Of a stretch of 52,958 nt of DNA, positions 25,950-34,662 are shown piece after piece. The notes under the pieces were generated by a model. That model did not search any database. It saw nothing but the letters and a program-made list of their open reading frames with translations, and was not told where the DNA came from. Position 1 is the first letter of the stretch. Each line of letters starts with the position of its first letter. The translations under genes were made by a program, and so were the position numbers. This stretch comes from a virus (Duplodnaviria; Caudoviricetes). The stretch is taken from IMG/VR virus record IMGVR_UViG_3300023199_000212, positions 1 through 52,958 of that record; one strand, 5' to 3'.

Positions 25950-28828
25950 TGCTGCTTGCACTCGAACCCTTCTCCATCATCGCGATCATCGCCTTCGCCG
26001 TCTCGATCGGCACGACGATCTACCTCGCCAACCAGAAGCAGCCCGGTCGCGGCGACGAGGGCTCGAGGTTCGGCCTCAGGGCGAACAAGGCCGACCCCGC
26101 CGACCCCGCGCCGTGGGTGGCCGGGCGCCCGCGCTGGGCGCCGCCGCTCCTGTCGCGCTGGCTGGAGCAGGAGAACCTCAACAGCTTCTCGGCCACCAAT
26201 GACAAGCCGTGGGTGAACCTGCTGCTCGACACGGGCGTCGGCCGCAACCACGGCGGCGACCTGAGCGTGTGGCTCGACAAGACCCCGATCTACGAGGAGG
26301 TCAACGAGGCCAGCAGCGTCGGCGAGCGCCGCCTGGTCGACGTGAAGGGCGATCGCAAGGAGTGGTTCTTCTCGCGGCTCAACGTGCAGGCCGACGGCAC
26401 GATCGTGCTTCTGGACGGCGTGCCGTACGGCGCGGCCCGGGGATCGACGCTCGACGAGACCGCCGTCGAGGGCGTCACGACGCGGGCCGTGACGCGCACC
26501 TACAAGCCCAAGCTCTTCCAGACGGGCAGCCTCTTCACGCAGACGGATCAGGTCAACGCGGGCTTCTACGTCCCCGACAACATCTTCTACGAGTTCGAGT
26601 CGATTCGCATCAGCGTAACGATCAAGCGCGTGAAGACTCTCTTCTGGTGGATCGACGACGACTACGAGCCGATCGAGCGCCAGCTTCTCCCCGACGAATG
26701 GGAGATGAAGACCGAGAAGTGGACGGGGCGCAAGTACATCGTCGTGAACGACAAGGTCGAGGAGCGCGTCCGTGCGGACGACGACCTCGGCAAGAACCGT
26801 CAGTACGAGGTCACCGAGTTCCGCTTCACCTTCGACCAGCACGAAGCTGGTGGGAAGCCGATCGCCCCGTTCACGCTGATCACCGACGACAACACGCTCA
26901 AGAGCCGTGCGGTCTTCGACGACGCGGTTCCCAGCGGAACGGTCACGGCTCACTTCCGCAGCCTCCCGTTCGGATTCGAGGTCGAGACCAACTTCTCCAC
27001 GGGCGCGATCGATCAGGATCCGCTCGACATCGGACAGGGCGTGCGCTCGTCTCGCGTCGTGGGGCTGCAGCTCTCCCAGGCCACGCTCCGGCGCTTCACG
27101 ACCAGCCGCGAGGTTGACGACATCCTCGTCGGGATCAGCTCAGGGCAGGGGGGCTTCTACAACCAGGGCAAGAAGGGCACTGGCGGCATCACGCGCAAGG
27201 TGCGCATCCGCCTGCGCGAGGTCGGCGCGCCGGACGTGCCCGCGAAAAAGGGCTTCCTCTCCGGCCTCTACGACCCGAGCACCGGCTGGGTCGACATGCT
27301 GTTCGACGGCAAGGAGCAGCTGCCGCTCTACGGACACAAGGTCGGCGGGCTCGCGCGCTGGGCGTTCAAGATCTCCACGGGCCTGCAGGGGCGCAACGCC
27401 AAGGCCAATCCGATCAGCCTCCTCGGCTCCGCGATCAGGAAGGTGCTGTTCGGCGAGACGCCCGCGCTGCCGCGCGCGAAGTACGAGGTCGAGGTCGTGC
27501 GCGTGTCTGAGGACTTCTCGTCCGGCACCAGCGGCGCCGACGAGCTGTTCTTCGAGAGCATCACGGAGATCGACCACCAGACGTTCTCGTTCCCGCGGCG
27601 CTCGATGCTGCACGTCCGGTTCCGCGAGGACTCCGGGCTCGAGTCGGAGCCCGAGGTCGAGGTCCAGTTCAAGGCGAAGAAGTGCCCCATCTACAAGGGC
27701 ACGTTCCACGTCACCCGCGAGGAGCAGTACGCGCGCTGGCTCGCCGAACGTACCGCGCCGACGGAGATCCTCCTGCCGGACGGCACGGTCCTCACGACCG
27801 GTGGGGGGCTCATCGACCCGTCGCAGTTCGTCTACGACCCGGACCTCAAGGAGGCGCGCTTCGACCGCAAGTGGACCCGGAATCCCGTCTGGATCGGCTG
27901 CGAGGCCATCCTCGACGACCTGGCGGGCGGCGGTGTGGTCGGCTTCTCGGCGCACAAGCACATCAACTGGGAGAGCGCGAAGGCCGCCGCGGACTTCTGC
28001 GACGAGCTGGTCTGGGCCTTCGGCATCCGAGACGTGCGCTCCGAGTGCGACATCGTATTCGTGAAGGAGGAGAGCCTCTACGGCGCGCTCACGAAGATCT
28101 TCGCGGGCAGCGAGGTTCTTCCCGTGCTCGACCGCGGCCAGTGGCACTTCCCGTTCGACACGGATGCGACCGACCCGGCGCCGGTCACCGACCCGCTCAC
28201 CGGGCAGGCCTTCACGATCACGGACGACGACATCGCGGACGAGGAAAACGGCAGGCCCGTCGACGGAATCACCTTCCAGGAGAAGGAGATCGACGACATC
28301 GCCACCGATTTCGTGATCATCTTCCCCGACGAGGAGGCCGGGTTCGACAAGAACGCGGACCCCGTGTACCTCCCGGCCAAGGGCGAGAACTTCACGCGCC
28401 GCTTCATCAAGCAGATCGAGTTCCCCGGCGTGCGACGCCGCTGGCAGGCCGAGCGCGTCGCGCTCAAGACGCAGGAGAACGAGCTGAACAACCAGAAGTT
28501 CGCCTCGATCCGCGTCAACAACCTCTATCCGGCCATCCTCCAGCCGGGCGACGTGATCGTGTGCGACTCGCCCAGCTCCGGCGTCGAGGGCCAGAAGGTC
28601 ATGGTGGTCGAGCGCCGCGGCGGCAGCAACCACCGGATGGAGCTGAAGGTGCTCATCCTCGGCGCCAGCAAGCCGCACCACGGCGGTTTTCAGGGCCCGA
28701 GCGGTGGCGTCGTCCCCGGCCTGCGCCCGCCGAGCGGCACGACGGTCGCCTTCTCGGGTGTGTCTACGTCCTCTGTCCAGACAGCAAGCGCGCCCAAGTC
28801 GTTTATAACGAGTGTAGAGGAGGCGTAG
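25949..28828 (+). CDS. central tail tip / host-specificity protein (gpJ-like)
   Basis: N-terminal hydrophobic helix, YEVEVVRV, WTRNPVW, AADFCDE, LQPGDVI. Confidence 0.8.
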   Translation: MLLALEPFSIIAIIAFAVSIGTTIYLANQKQPGRGDEGSRFGLRANKADPADPAPWVAGRPRWAPPLLSRWLEQENLNSFSATNDKPWVNLLLDTGVGRNHGGDLSVWLDKTPIYEEVNEASSVGERRLVDVKGDRKEWFFSRLNVQADGTIVLLDGVPYGAARGSTLDETAVEGVTTRAVTRTYKPKLFQTGSLFTQTDQVNAGFYVPDNIFYEFESIRISVTIKRVKTLFWWIDDDYEPIERQLLPDEWEMKTEKWTGRKYIVVNDKVEERVRADDDLGKNRQYEVTEFRFTFDQHEAGGKPIAPFTLITDDNTLKSRAVFDDAVPSGTVTAHFRSLPFGFEVETNFSTGAIDQDPLDIGQGVRSSRVVGLQLSQATLRRFTTSREVDDILVGISSGQGGFYNQGKKGTGGITRKVRIRLREVGAPDVPAKKGFLSGLYDPSTGWVDMLFDGKEQLPLYGHKVGGLARWAFKISTGLQGRNAKANPISLLGSAIRKVLFGETPALPRAKYEVEVVRVSEDFSSGTSGADELFFESITEIDHQTFSFPRRSMLHVRFREDSGLESEPEVEVQFKAKKCPIYKGTFHVTREEQYARWLAERTAPTEILLPDGTVLTTGGGLIDPSQFVYDPDLKEARFDRKWTRNPVWIGCEAILDDLAGGGVVGFSAHKHINWESAKAAADFCDELVWAFGIRDVRSECDIVFVKEESLYGALTKIFAGSEVLPVLDRGQWHFPFDTDATDPAPVTDPLTGQAFTITDDDIADEENGRPVDGITFQEKEIDDIATDFVIIFPDEEAGFDKNADPVYLPAKGENFTRRFIKQIEFPGVRRRWQAERVALKTQENELNNQKFASIRVNNLYPAILQPGDVIVCDSPSSGVEGQKVMVVERRGGSNHRMELKVLILGASKPHHGGFQGPSGGVVPGLRPPSGTTVAFSGVSTSSVQTASAPKSFITSVEEA

Positions 28829-30502
28829 TTGCCGCGCGTTCGGATCCACTTCACCCCGCTCGACAGCGTCGCGCACCAGCGCGAGGTCGAGGTCGAGGTG
28901 CAAGGTGACCCCAGCACCCGAGAGCCGGTGGGGCGGATCTCGCGCGACAACCCGATCCTCGCGACGCTCCCCGACGACGGCAAGTCGCGCATCTTCACCG
29001 TGTGGGTGATCGGCGACAACGGCAACCGCATCGCAGGCAGCGCCACGCGCTACAGGTACATCCCGAGGATCACTCCGGCGCAGGAGACGAAGCTGCCGGA
29101 CGTGTCCGAGCTACCGGACCTGGCGCTGGAGCAGGACGGGCCTGCTGTGAATGTGCCGATCGACCCGCCCTCGCTCCCGGCCGCCGAGGAGCAGGAGATC
29201 GAGGTCGAGGTCCGCGTCGCGCCGGAGACCACGAGCGACCCCGCGGAGGCGCTCGAGGTCGGCTCGACGACCACCGCGCCGTCGATCTCCGTGCCGGTGC
29301 AGCCGGAGGCGGACGAGCAGGCGGTCTTCTACCGCTACCACAACGTCAACAGCGGCCAGAAGACGGACTGGAAGAAGCAGACCGTGCTCGTCTGCGACCC
29401 CGCGGAGTACGCGAAGGTCGAGGACTTCAAGGAGGGCTGGGGCAGCGTCGCGATCGAGAACATCCTCGGGCTGCCGAGCGCGGCGGTCACGGGCGGCGGC
29501 CTCAACCTCGAGCTGGCCGACGCGCCGTCTCCGTTCGCCAGCCCCGGCAACGGCGGCTTCCCCGACTCCCCGTTCGCGAGCGGCGGCCCCTCGCCGTTCT
29601 CGATCAAGGCGAAGATGCCCTACTCGCGCTTCGAGCTGCCCGAGGTCGATGCGGGCGCCTGCCACGAGTTCTTCCCGCAGACCTGGCCGGAGCTGGACGT
29701 GCAGGGCCACGCCCCGAACCGCAGCCCGTTCGCCAGCGGCGAGCCGAACCCGTTCGCGTCCGAGGGACGCGCGTGTGACATCAACCCGTTCGCCAGCCGG
29801 GACGACGCGTCGCCCCTGCGGGTGACCGAGGAGATCCAGGTCGCGAAGGACGACATCGAGCCCCTGCGGCCGTACCGCCCCGTGAAGCCCGGCCAGCGCG
29901 TCATCGCACAGCGCCACAAGTCGCGAATCACGGTCTGGGGCTGGCGCTACCGGGCGTGGCGCCTGCGCCGGTACTGGTGGTGGCGCCGCATCCTCAACAA
30001 GAAGTGGGAGTGGTACCTCGACTGGGACCCGCTGGGCGGTGCAGGAACCACGCAGCTCGTCACTCTTCCGGCCGAGATCGTCACCGTCGTCGCCGAGCCG
30101 ATCGTGGAGGTCTCCGTGGTCGATACCGCGGGGGCGATCGCGACCGTCTCGTACGACGTGCATACGGACTGGATCTCGGGCAGCCAGATCAACGTGGCGG
30201 TCGTGCAGAAGGAGCGCGCTGAGGTGGCGGCCGCTGGCGGGGCGTGGTCTCACATCTTCGCGAAGCCCTTCGGCAATCCGCCGCAGATGGCGTTCGGCCC
30301 GAGCGGAGTCAATCCCTCGTACGCGGGCTTCGAGACCGTCACGCCCAACGACGCTTCCGGCTACCTCATGTTCCCCGGCGGCCCCGGCAACGAAGGGCCG
30401 CAGCCCGACTCGGGCAACGTTCACCTGCACATCCACGGCGATCCCTTGCCGCAGTCCGCAGGCGGCACCCTGCGACTGCTCCTCCAGGCAATGGGCGCCT
30501 AG
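28829..30502 (+). CDS. tail-associated protein with (S/N)PFAS repeats and a Trp/Arg-rich segment
   Basis: GGAGG RBS with TTG start; follows gpJ-like gene. Confidence 0.7.
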   Translation: MPRVRIHFTPLDSVAHQREVEVEVQGDPSTREPVGRISRDNPILATLPDDGKSRIFTVWVIGDNGNRIAGSATRYRYIPRITPAQETKLPDVSELPDLALEQDGPAVNVPIDPPSLPAAEEQEIEVEVRVAPETTSDPAEALEVGSTTTAPSISVPVQPEADEQAVFYRYHNVNSGQKTDWKKQTVLVCDPAEYAKVEDFKEGWGSVAIENILGLPSAAVTGGGLNLELADAPSPFASPGNGGFPDSPFASGGPSPFSIKAKMPYSRFELPEVDAGACHEFFPQTWPELDVQGHAPNRSPFASGEPNPFASEGRACDINPFASRDDASPLRVTEEIQVAKDDIEPLRPYRPVKPGQRVIAQRHKSRITVWGWRYRAWRLRRYWWWRRILNKKWEWYLDWDPLGGAGTTQLVTLPAEIVTVVAEPIVEVSVVDTAGAIATVSYDVHTDWISGSQINVAVVQKERAEVAAAGGAWSHIFAKPFGNPPQMAFGPSGVNPSYAGFETVTPNDASGYLMFPGGPGNEGPQPDSGNVHLHIHGDPLPQSAGGTLRLLLQAMGA

Positions 30503-30521
30503 CACCTTTTGGAGAGACACC

Positions 30522-31460
30522 ATGGCCGACTACCAGATCCCGACGATCGACACCACCGACAATCCGTCGTCCGGGCAGGAGATGCGCGACGCCCTCCTCA
30601 AGCTCATCAACGACATCGACATCCTCAAGCGCAGCGGCCTGGGCGACGTGATCACGACGCTCATCGCGGGCGGGCTGCAGGCCGAGGACGTGGGCGGCCG
30701 GATCCTGTTCAAGGTCGTGCGCTCCGACCAGTCCGAGCACCCGGCGCTCGCGGGCGAGTACCTCCTGCGCGACCAGCTCGACTTCGCCAAGTTCGCCGTG
30801 AAGCAGTTCCGCGTCGAGGACAAGGACACGGGCTCGCTGCTCCCGGTGGCGAACGGGAACGCGGGCCTGATCGAGCGCGACTCGAGCCTACTGCGCCTCG
30901 TGGTCGGCGCGGACGCGGGCCAGAAACGTCTGTACCTCGGCGGCATGGACGTGGACGGCGCGCACTACCGGCGCATGCCGGTGACCGTGCATTCCGCGCC
31001 CGGCGAGGTGGCGCTCCACGGGCTGTCCGAGCCTCTCTTCGACGACGGCGCGGACGAGGCCAAGTTCACGACGGCCTCGATCCCGCAGGAGTGGCTCTCG
31101 GGCATCGACCCGAAGCTGGAGGCGCTCGTGCGCCTCAACGAGGCCGCGGGCGAGAGCGACGGCGACTCCATCGACTTCCAGACGGACTACGTCGCGGCCG
31201 TCGTGGGCTCCGGGACGTTCAACGGCACGACCACCAACGCCACGGGCGTCGGCGTGATCGGGGCCTCCGGCACGGCGCAGGGCACCCTCCACCGCGTCCT
31301 GATCGACCTGCCGCGGGCGGACCTCCAGAACCCGCTGGGCGCCGGGCGCGTCATCCACGGCACCCTCAAGCGAAACGGGCTCACCAACGTCGGCGGCGTG
31401 CTCCTCCACGCTCTGCACCTGCTGGTGCCGTGCTACGGGGCCGTCGATCACGAGATCTAG
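30522..31460 (+). CDS. putative tail fibre / receptor-binding protein
   Basis: GGAGA RBS; N-terminal D.P..G..RDAL.K.IN anchor-like helix, beta-rich C-terminus; last gene of tail operon. Confidence 0.6.
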   Translation: MADYQIPTIDTTDNPSSGQEMRDALLKLINDIDILKRSGLGDVITTLIAGGLQAEDVGGRILFKVVRSDQSEHPALAGEYLLRDQLDFAKFAVKQFRVEDKDTGSLLPVANGNAGLIERDSSLLRLVVGADAGQKRLYLGGMDVDGAHYRRMPVTVHSAPGEVALHGLSEPLFDDGADEAKFTTASIPQEWLSGIDPKLEALVRLNEAAGESDGDSIDFQTDYVAAVVGSGTFNGTTTNATGVGVIGASGTAQGTLHRVLIDLPRADLQNPLGAGRVIHGTLKRNGLTNVGGVLLHALHLLVPCYGAVDHEI

Positions 31461-31498
31461 CCGCTCCCCGCCTCATCGGGCGGTTGCCTCCTCCTCTC

Positions 31499-31528
31499 AG
31501 GGCGCCTCTTCGGGGGCGCCCTCTTCTT
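31499..31528 (+). terminator. rho-independent terminator
   Basis: AGGGCGCCTC-TTCG-GGGGCGCCCT then CTTCTT. Confidence 0.75.
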
Positions 31529-31578
31529 GGGCGCGAGGACGGGGCCAGCGTGGCTCCCGTTGTCTATACTCACTGGAC

Positions 31579-33526
31579 ATGAGGCTCATAAAGGCCCACG
31601 TCACCGTCTTTAGGAGCATCCTCGACTCGAACGAGTTCGATCGGGGACATCACCTGCCTCGTTGGAAAGAACGAGGCGGGCAAGACAGCGCTCCTGCTCG
31701 CGATCCACCAATTGAACCCGGTGGAAGGGGAGGGCAAGTTCGACGTTACGGACGACTACCCTCGAGGCAGCGTCATCGACTACGAGAACGCCGTAGCTGC
31801 CGGTGAGCAGCCCGCGCGGGTTGTCAAGGTCACATACGCACTCGAGAAGGACGACATCGCCGCCGTCGAGCAGGTGTTCGGGCCGAAGTGCCTCAAGAAC
31901 AAGAAGCCGACCGTGGCCCATGTAATGAGGTACTCGAACAAGCGGTACTTCGAGGATCTGAACATCGACGAGGCCGCCTCCCTGAAACACCTCGTGGAGG
32001 CCGCAGGGCTGCCCAGTTCGCTGCAGACGGAACTCCTGGAGAAGAAGACGGCGAAGGAGATGGCAGACCACCTCGCGTCGGCCGAGAACACGGAGGCATC
32101 GCAGCGCCTCAAAGAGATCCTCGCACTGATCGTGAAGGAGAGTGTCGCGTGGTACGTTTTCAACAAGGTTCTCCATCCCCGCATTCCTAGGTTCCTGTAC
32201 TTCGACGAGTACTACCGGATGAGGGGGCAGGAGAATCTTGAGGCCCTCAAGCAGCGCTTCGACGAAGGAAAGCTCAAGGACTATGACCACCCTCTTCTCG
32301 GACTAGTCGAACTCGCCGGGCTTGATCTCGACACGCTCCTCACACAGAAGCGGACAGAGGCACTGCTCGCGAAGCTCGACGCGGCCGAGAGCAAGCTGAC
32401 CACGGAGGCTCTCCAATACTGGTCCCAGAACAAGCACATTCAACTGAAGTTCGAGATCCAGGGGGCGCGACCCCAGGATCCGGCGGGGATGCGAGAGGGA
32501 ACGAATCTCTGGGGCCGCGTGAGAGACACGAGGCACGGGGTGAGCACGCCGATCGGACGCAGGTCCCGCGGCTTCGTCTGGTTCTTCTCGTTTCTCGCCT
32601 GGTACTCGCAGCTCCGCAAAAAGGGCGAGAACCTCATCTTGCTCCTCGACGAGCCGGGGTTGTCCCTCCACGCCAAGGCCCAAGCGGATCTCCTGCGCTA
32701 TTTCGAGGAGAGGCTCAAGCCGGTCCACCAGGTCATCTACACGACGCACTCACCGTTCATGGTCGATCCTCAGCACTTCGACCGAGTCCGCATCGTCCAG
32801 GATCTCAGCATCGACACAGACAAGGAACTCCCGGAGGAGAAACAGGGCACGAAGGTCATCACCGAGGTCCTCGATGCGACTGCGGACAGCTTGTTCCCGC
32901 TGCAGGGCGCGCTCGGCTACGAGATCTACCAGACGCTCTTCATCGGCCCCAACAGTCTCGTAGTCGAAGGCGTGTCCGACCTCTTGTACATCGAGACGAT
33001 CTCGGCGCTGCTGCAAGCGAAGGGTGAGCCGGGATTGAGCAACGACTGGACGATTACGCCGGTCGGCGGCGCCGACAAGGTCCCGACTTTCGTGTCGCTG
33101 ATCGGTGCCCAGAAGAAGCTAAGGGTCGCCGTTCTGATCGACTACCAGAAGAGGCACAAGCAGGCGATCGAGAATCTGTACAAGAGGAAGCTCCTCAAGA
33201 AGAAGAACGTCATCACCTTCGCCGACTTCGTCACGGGCGAGGAGGCGGACATCGAGGACATGTTCGAGCCCGAGTTCTACCTCAAGCTCGTGAACGCTGA
33301 GTTCGGCTCGTCGATCACCGTTGGAGATCTCCCGTCGGGGACGCGAATCGTGGCGCGGCTGGAGAAGTACCTTGTGGACAACCCGCTGCCGACCGGCACC
33401 GTTTTCAGCCACTACCGACCGGCCCGCTACTTCACCGAGAACATCGGCACTCTGAAGAGCGAGTTGACGGAGCCGGAACTCGGGCGTTTCAACCAAGCCT
33501 TCGCGACCATCAACGAGCTGCTGTAG
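31579..33526 (+). pseudogene. OLD-family-like ATP-dependent endonuclease (ABC ATPase + TOPRIM), frameshifted near 31640
   Basis: MRLIKAHVTVFRSILDS in one frame; Walker A LVGKNEAGKT, Walker B LLLDEPGLSLH, TTHSPF, TOPRIM VVEGVSD and DIED in the +1 frame. Confidence 0.85.
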
Positions 33527-33541
33527 GACGCTGCCCGCCCT

Positions 33542-34477
33542 CTACTCCGCGAGCTGGCTCTGGAGGATCGTCCGGCAGAGCTGGTGGTACGGAGGCAGTC
33601 CCACGCCCCGGAACAGGGTCTTGAAGCTGGCGGCCTCTCCACGGGCCTCTGTGCCGCTCAGGAGCGGCCACACGCTCTGGGCGCCCTCGGCGTCCCCCCG
33701 GTCGATGGCGTCGAAGTACAGGGCCGCCTGCTCCCTCAGGGCGGTTACGCCGACCCGGCGGCCGTGGACCCAGCGGCAGAAGGGGGTCGTCTTCTGGTCG
33801 GGCCCGTTCGGCGGGTTGTTCACGGCCACGAGGACGCGGGCCTCGCGGAGCGTGGCCTGCTCGTGCGCCTTGAGCACGCCCAGGTTGAACCACCGGTAGC
33901 CCCAGGTGTCGGCGGCCAGCAGGAAGCTCTGGCGCCGCTTCAGGACGATCTCTCGGGCCTGCTGCAGCCACGTCACCTGCGCGGTCAGCTTGCGCGCGCC
34001 TATCTCCGGGTTCTCGAGGAACCGCACGACGTGCTCGCGCAGCTCCTGGACGGACGCCTCGTTGTCGAGGAACGCGCGCCGGAACCAGAAGCCGAGGTCG
34101 TCGCCCGCGCGCTCCGCGAGCTTCCGCACGGCCGTCGTCTGCGTCAGGCGCAGGCTCTGGAAGTTGGCGCCGTCCTTCATGAGCTGCTTGCCCTGAGCGC
34201 GCAGCGCGGCCACCGTGCGCCGGGGTAGCTCCGTCATCGACCGCTGGGCCTCTCGCACGATCCGGGCGGCGTCGGCCGCGGTGGCTCCCTCCTCGACGGC
34301 GGCCAGCAGCAGGAGCAGCAGCGTCTCCAGCGTGCGGTCGGTGTTCTCCTCGTACTGCGCCTTGAGCGTCGCCTGCGCCTTTCGGATCTGCTCCTGCACG
34401 ACGGGGATGTCCGCCTTGTGGAGCTGGCAGGTGCATGCGTGGTGCAGTGCGCGCACGCGCTTGACGGTCTCTCTCAT
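33542..34477 (-). CDS. head morphogenesis protein (MuF / SPP1 gp7-like)
   Basis: DQKTTPFCRWVHG and LPPYHQLCRT motifs. Confidence 0.8.
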   Translation of the reverse strand: MRETVKRVRALHHACTCQLHKADIPVVQEQIRKAQATLKAQYEENTDRTLETLLLLLLAAVEEGATAADAARIVREAQRSMTELPRRTVAALRAQGKQLMKDGANFQSLRLTQTTAVRKLAERAGDDLGFWFRRAFLDNEASVQELREHVVRFLENPEIGARKLTAQVTWLQQAREIVLKRRQSFLLAADTWGYRWFNLGVLKAHEQATLREARVLVAVNNPPNGPDQKTTPFCRWVHGRRVGVTALREQAALYFDAIDRGDAEGAQSVWPLLSGTEARGEAASFKTLFRGVGLPPYHQLCRTILQSQLAE

Positions 34478-34662
34478 CGGCTCTTCTCCAGGAGGCGCTT
34501 CAGCAGCGTGCGCGCTGTCACGTCCTCTTCGCTTGCGGTGATGGTGAACGCCTTCCGAGCGCCGCACCGGTCGCACTCGCGATCCTGCGTGGCGATGCCG
34601 CGGTCCGCGCAGGTTCGGACGACCCGGAGGCGACCGGGGCACCTCTTCTTGAAGCACTTCAT
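34474..34662 (-). CDS. small zinc-finger protein, Ogr/Delta- or NrdR-ribbon-like
   Basis: MKCFKKRC..LRVVRT...RECDRCG..AFT; ATGA overlaps on both sides. Confidence 0.6.
   Translation of the reverse strand: MKCFKKRCPGRLRVVRTCADRGIATQDRECDRCGARKAFTITASEEDVTARTLLKRLLEKSR

Noticed and set aside
15012-30523. Very long antisense and alternate-frame ORFs (e.g. 19850-24367, 16529-19144, 27140-28903)
   Set aside because: Shadow ORFs expected from high-GC codon bias; they overlap well-supported structural genes and have no motifs
31712-33526. ORF-track start at TTG 31712 as the true start of the OLD-like gene
   Set aside because: It would omit the Walker A motif, which lies upstream in the same frame
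13876-33541. Recombinase-driven invertible segment explaining the strand layout
   Set aside because: No inverted repeats seen at the borders and no invertase gene
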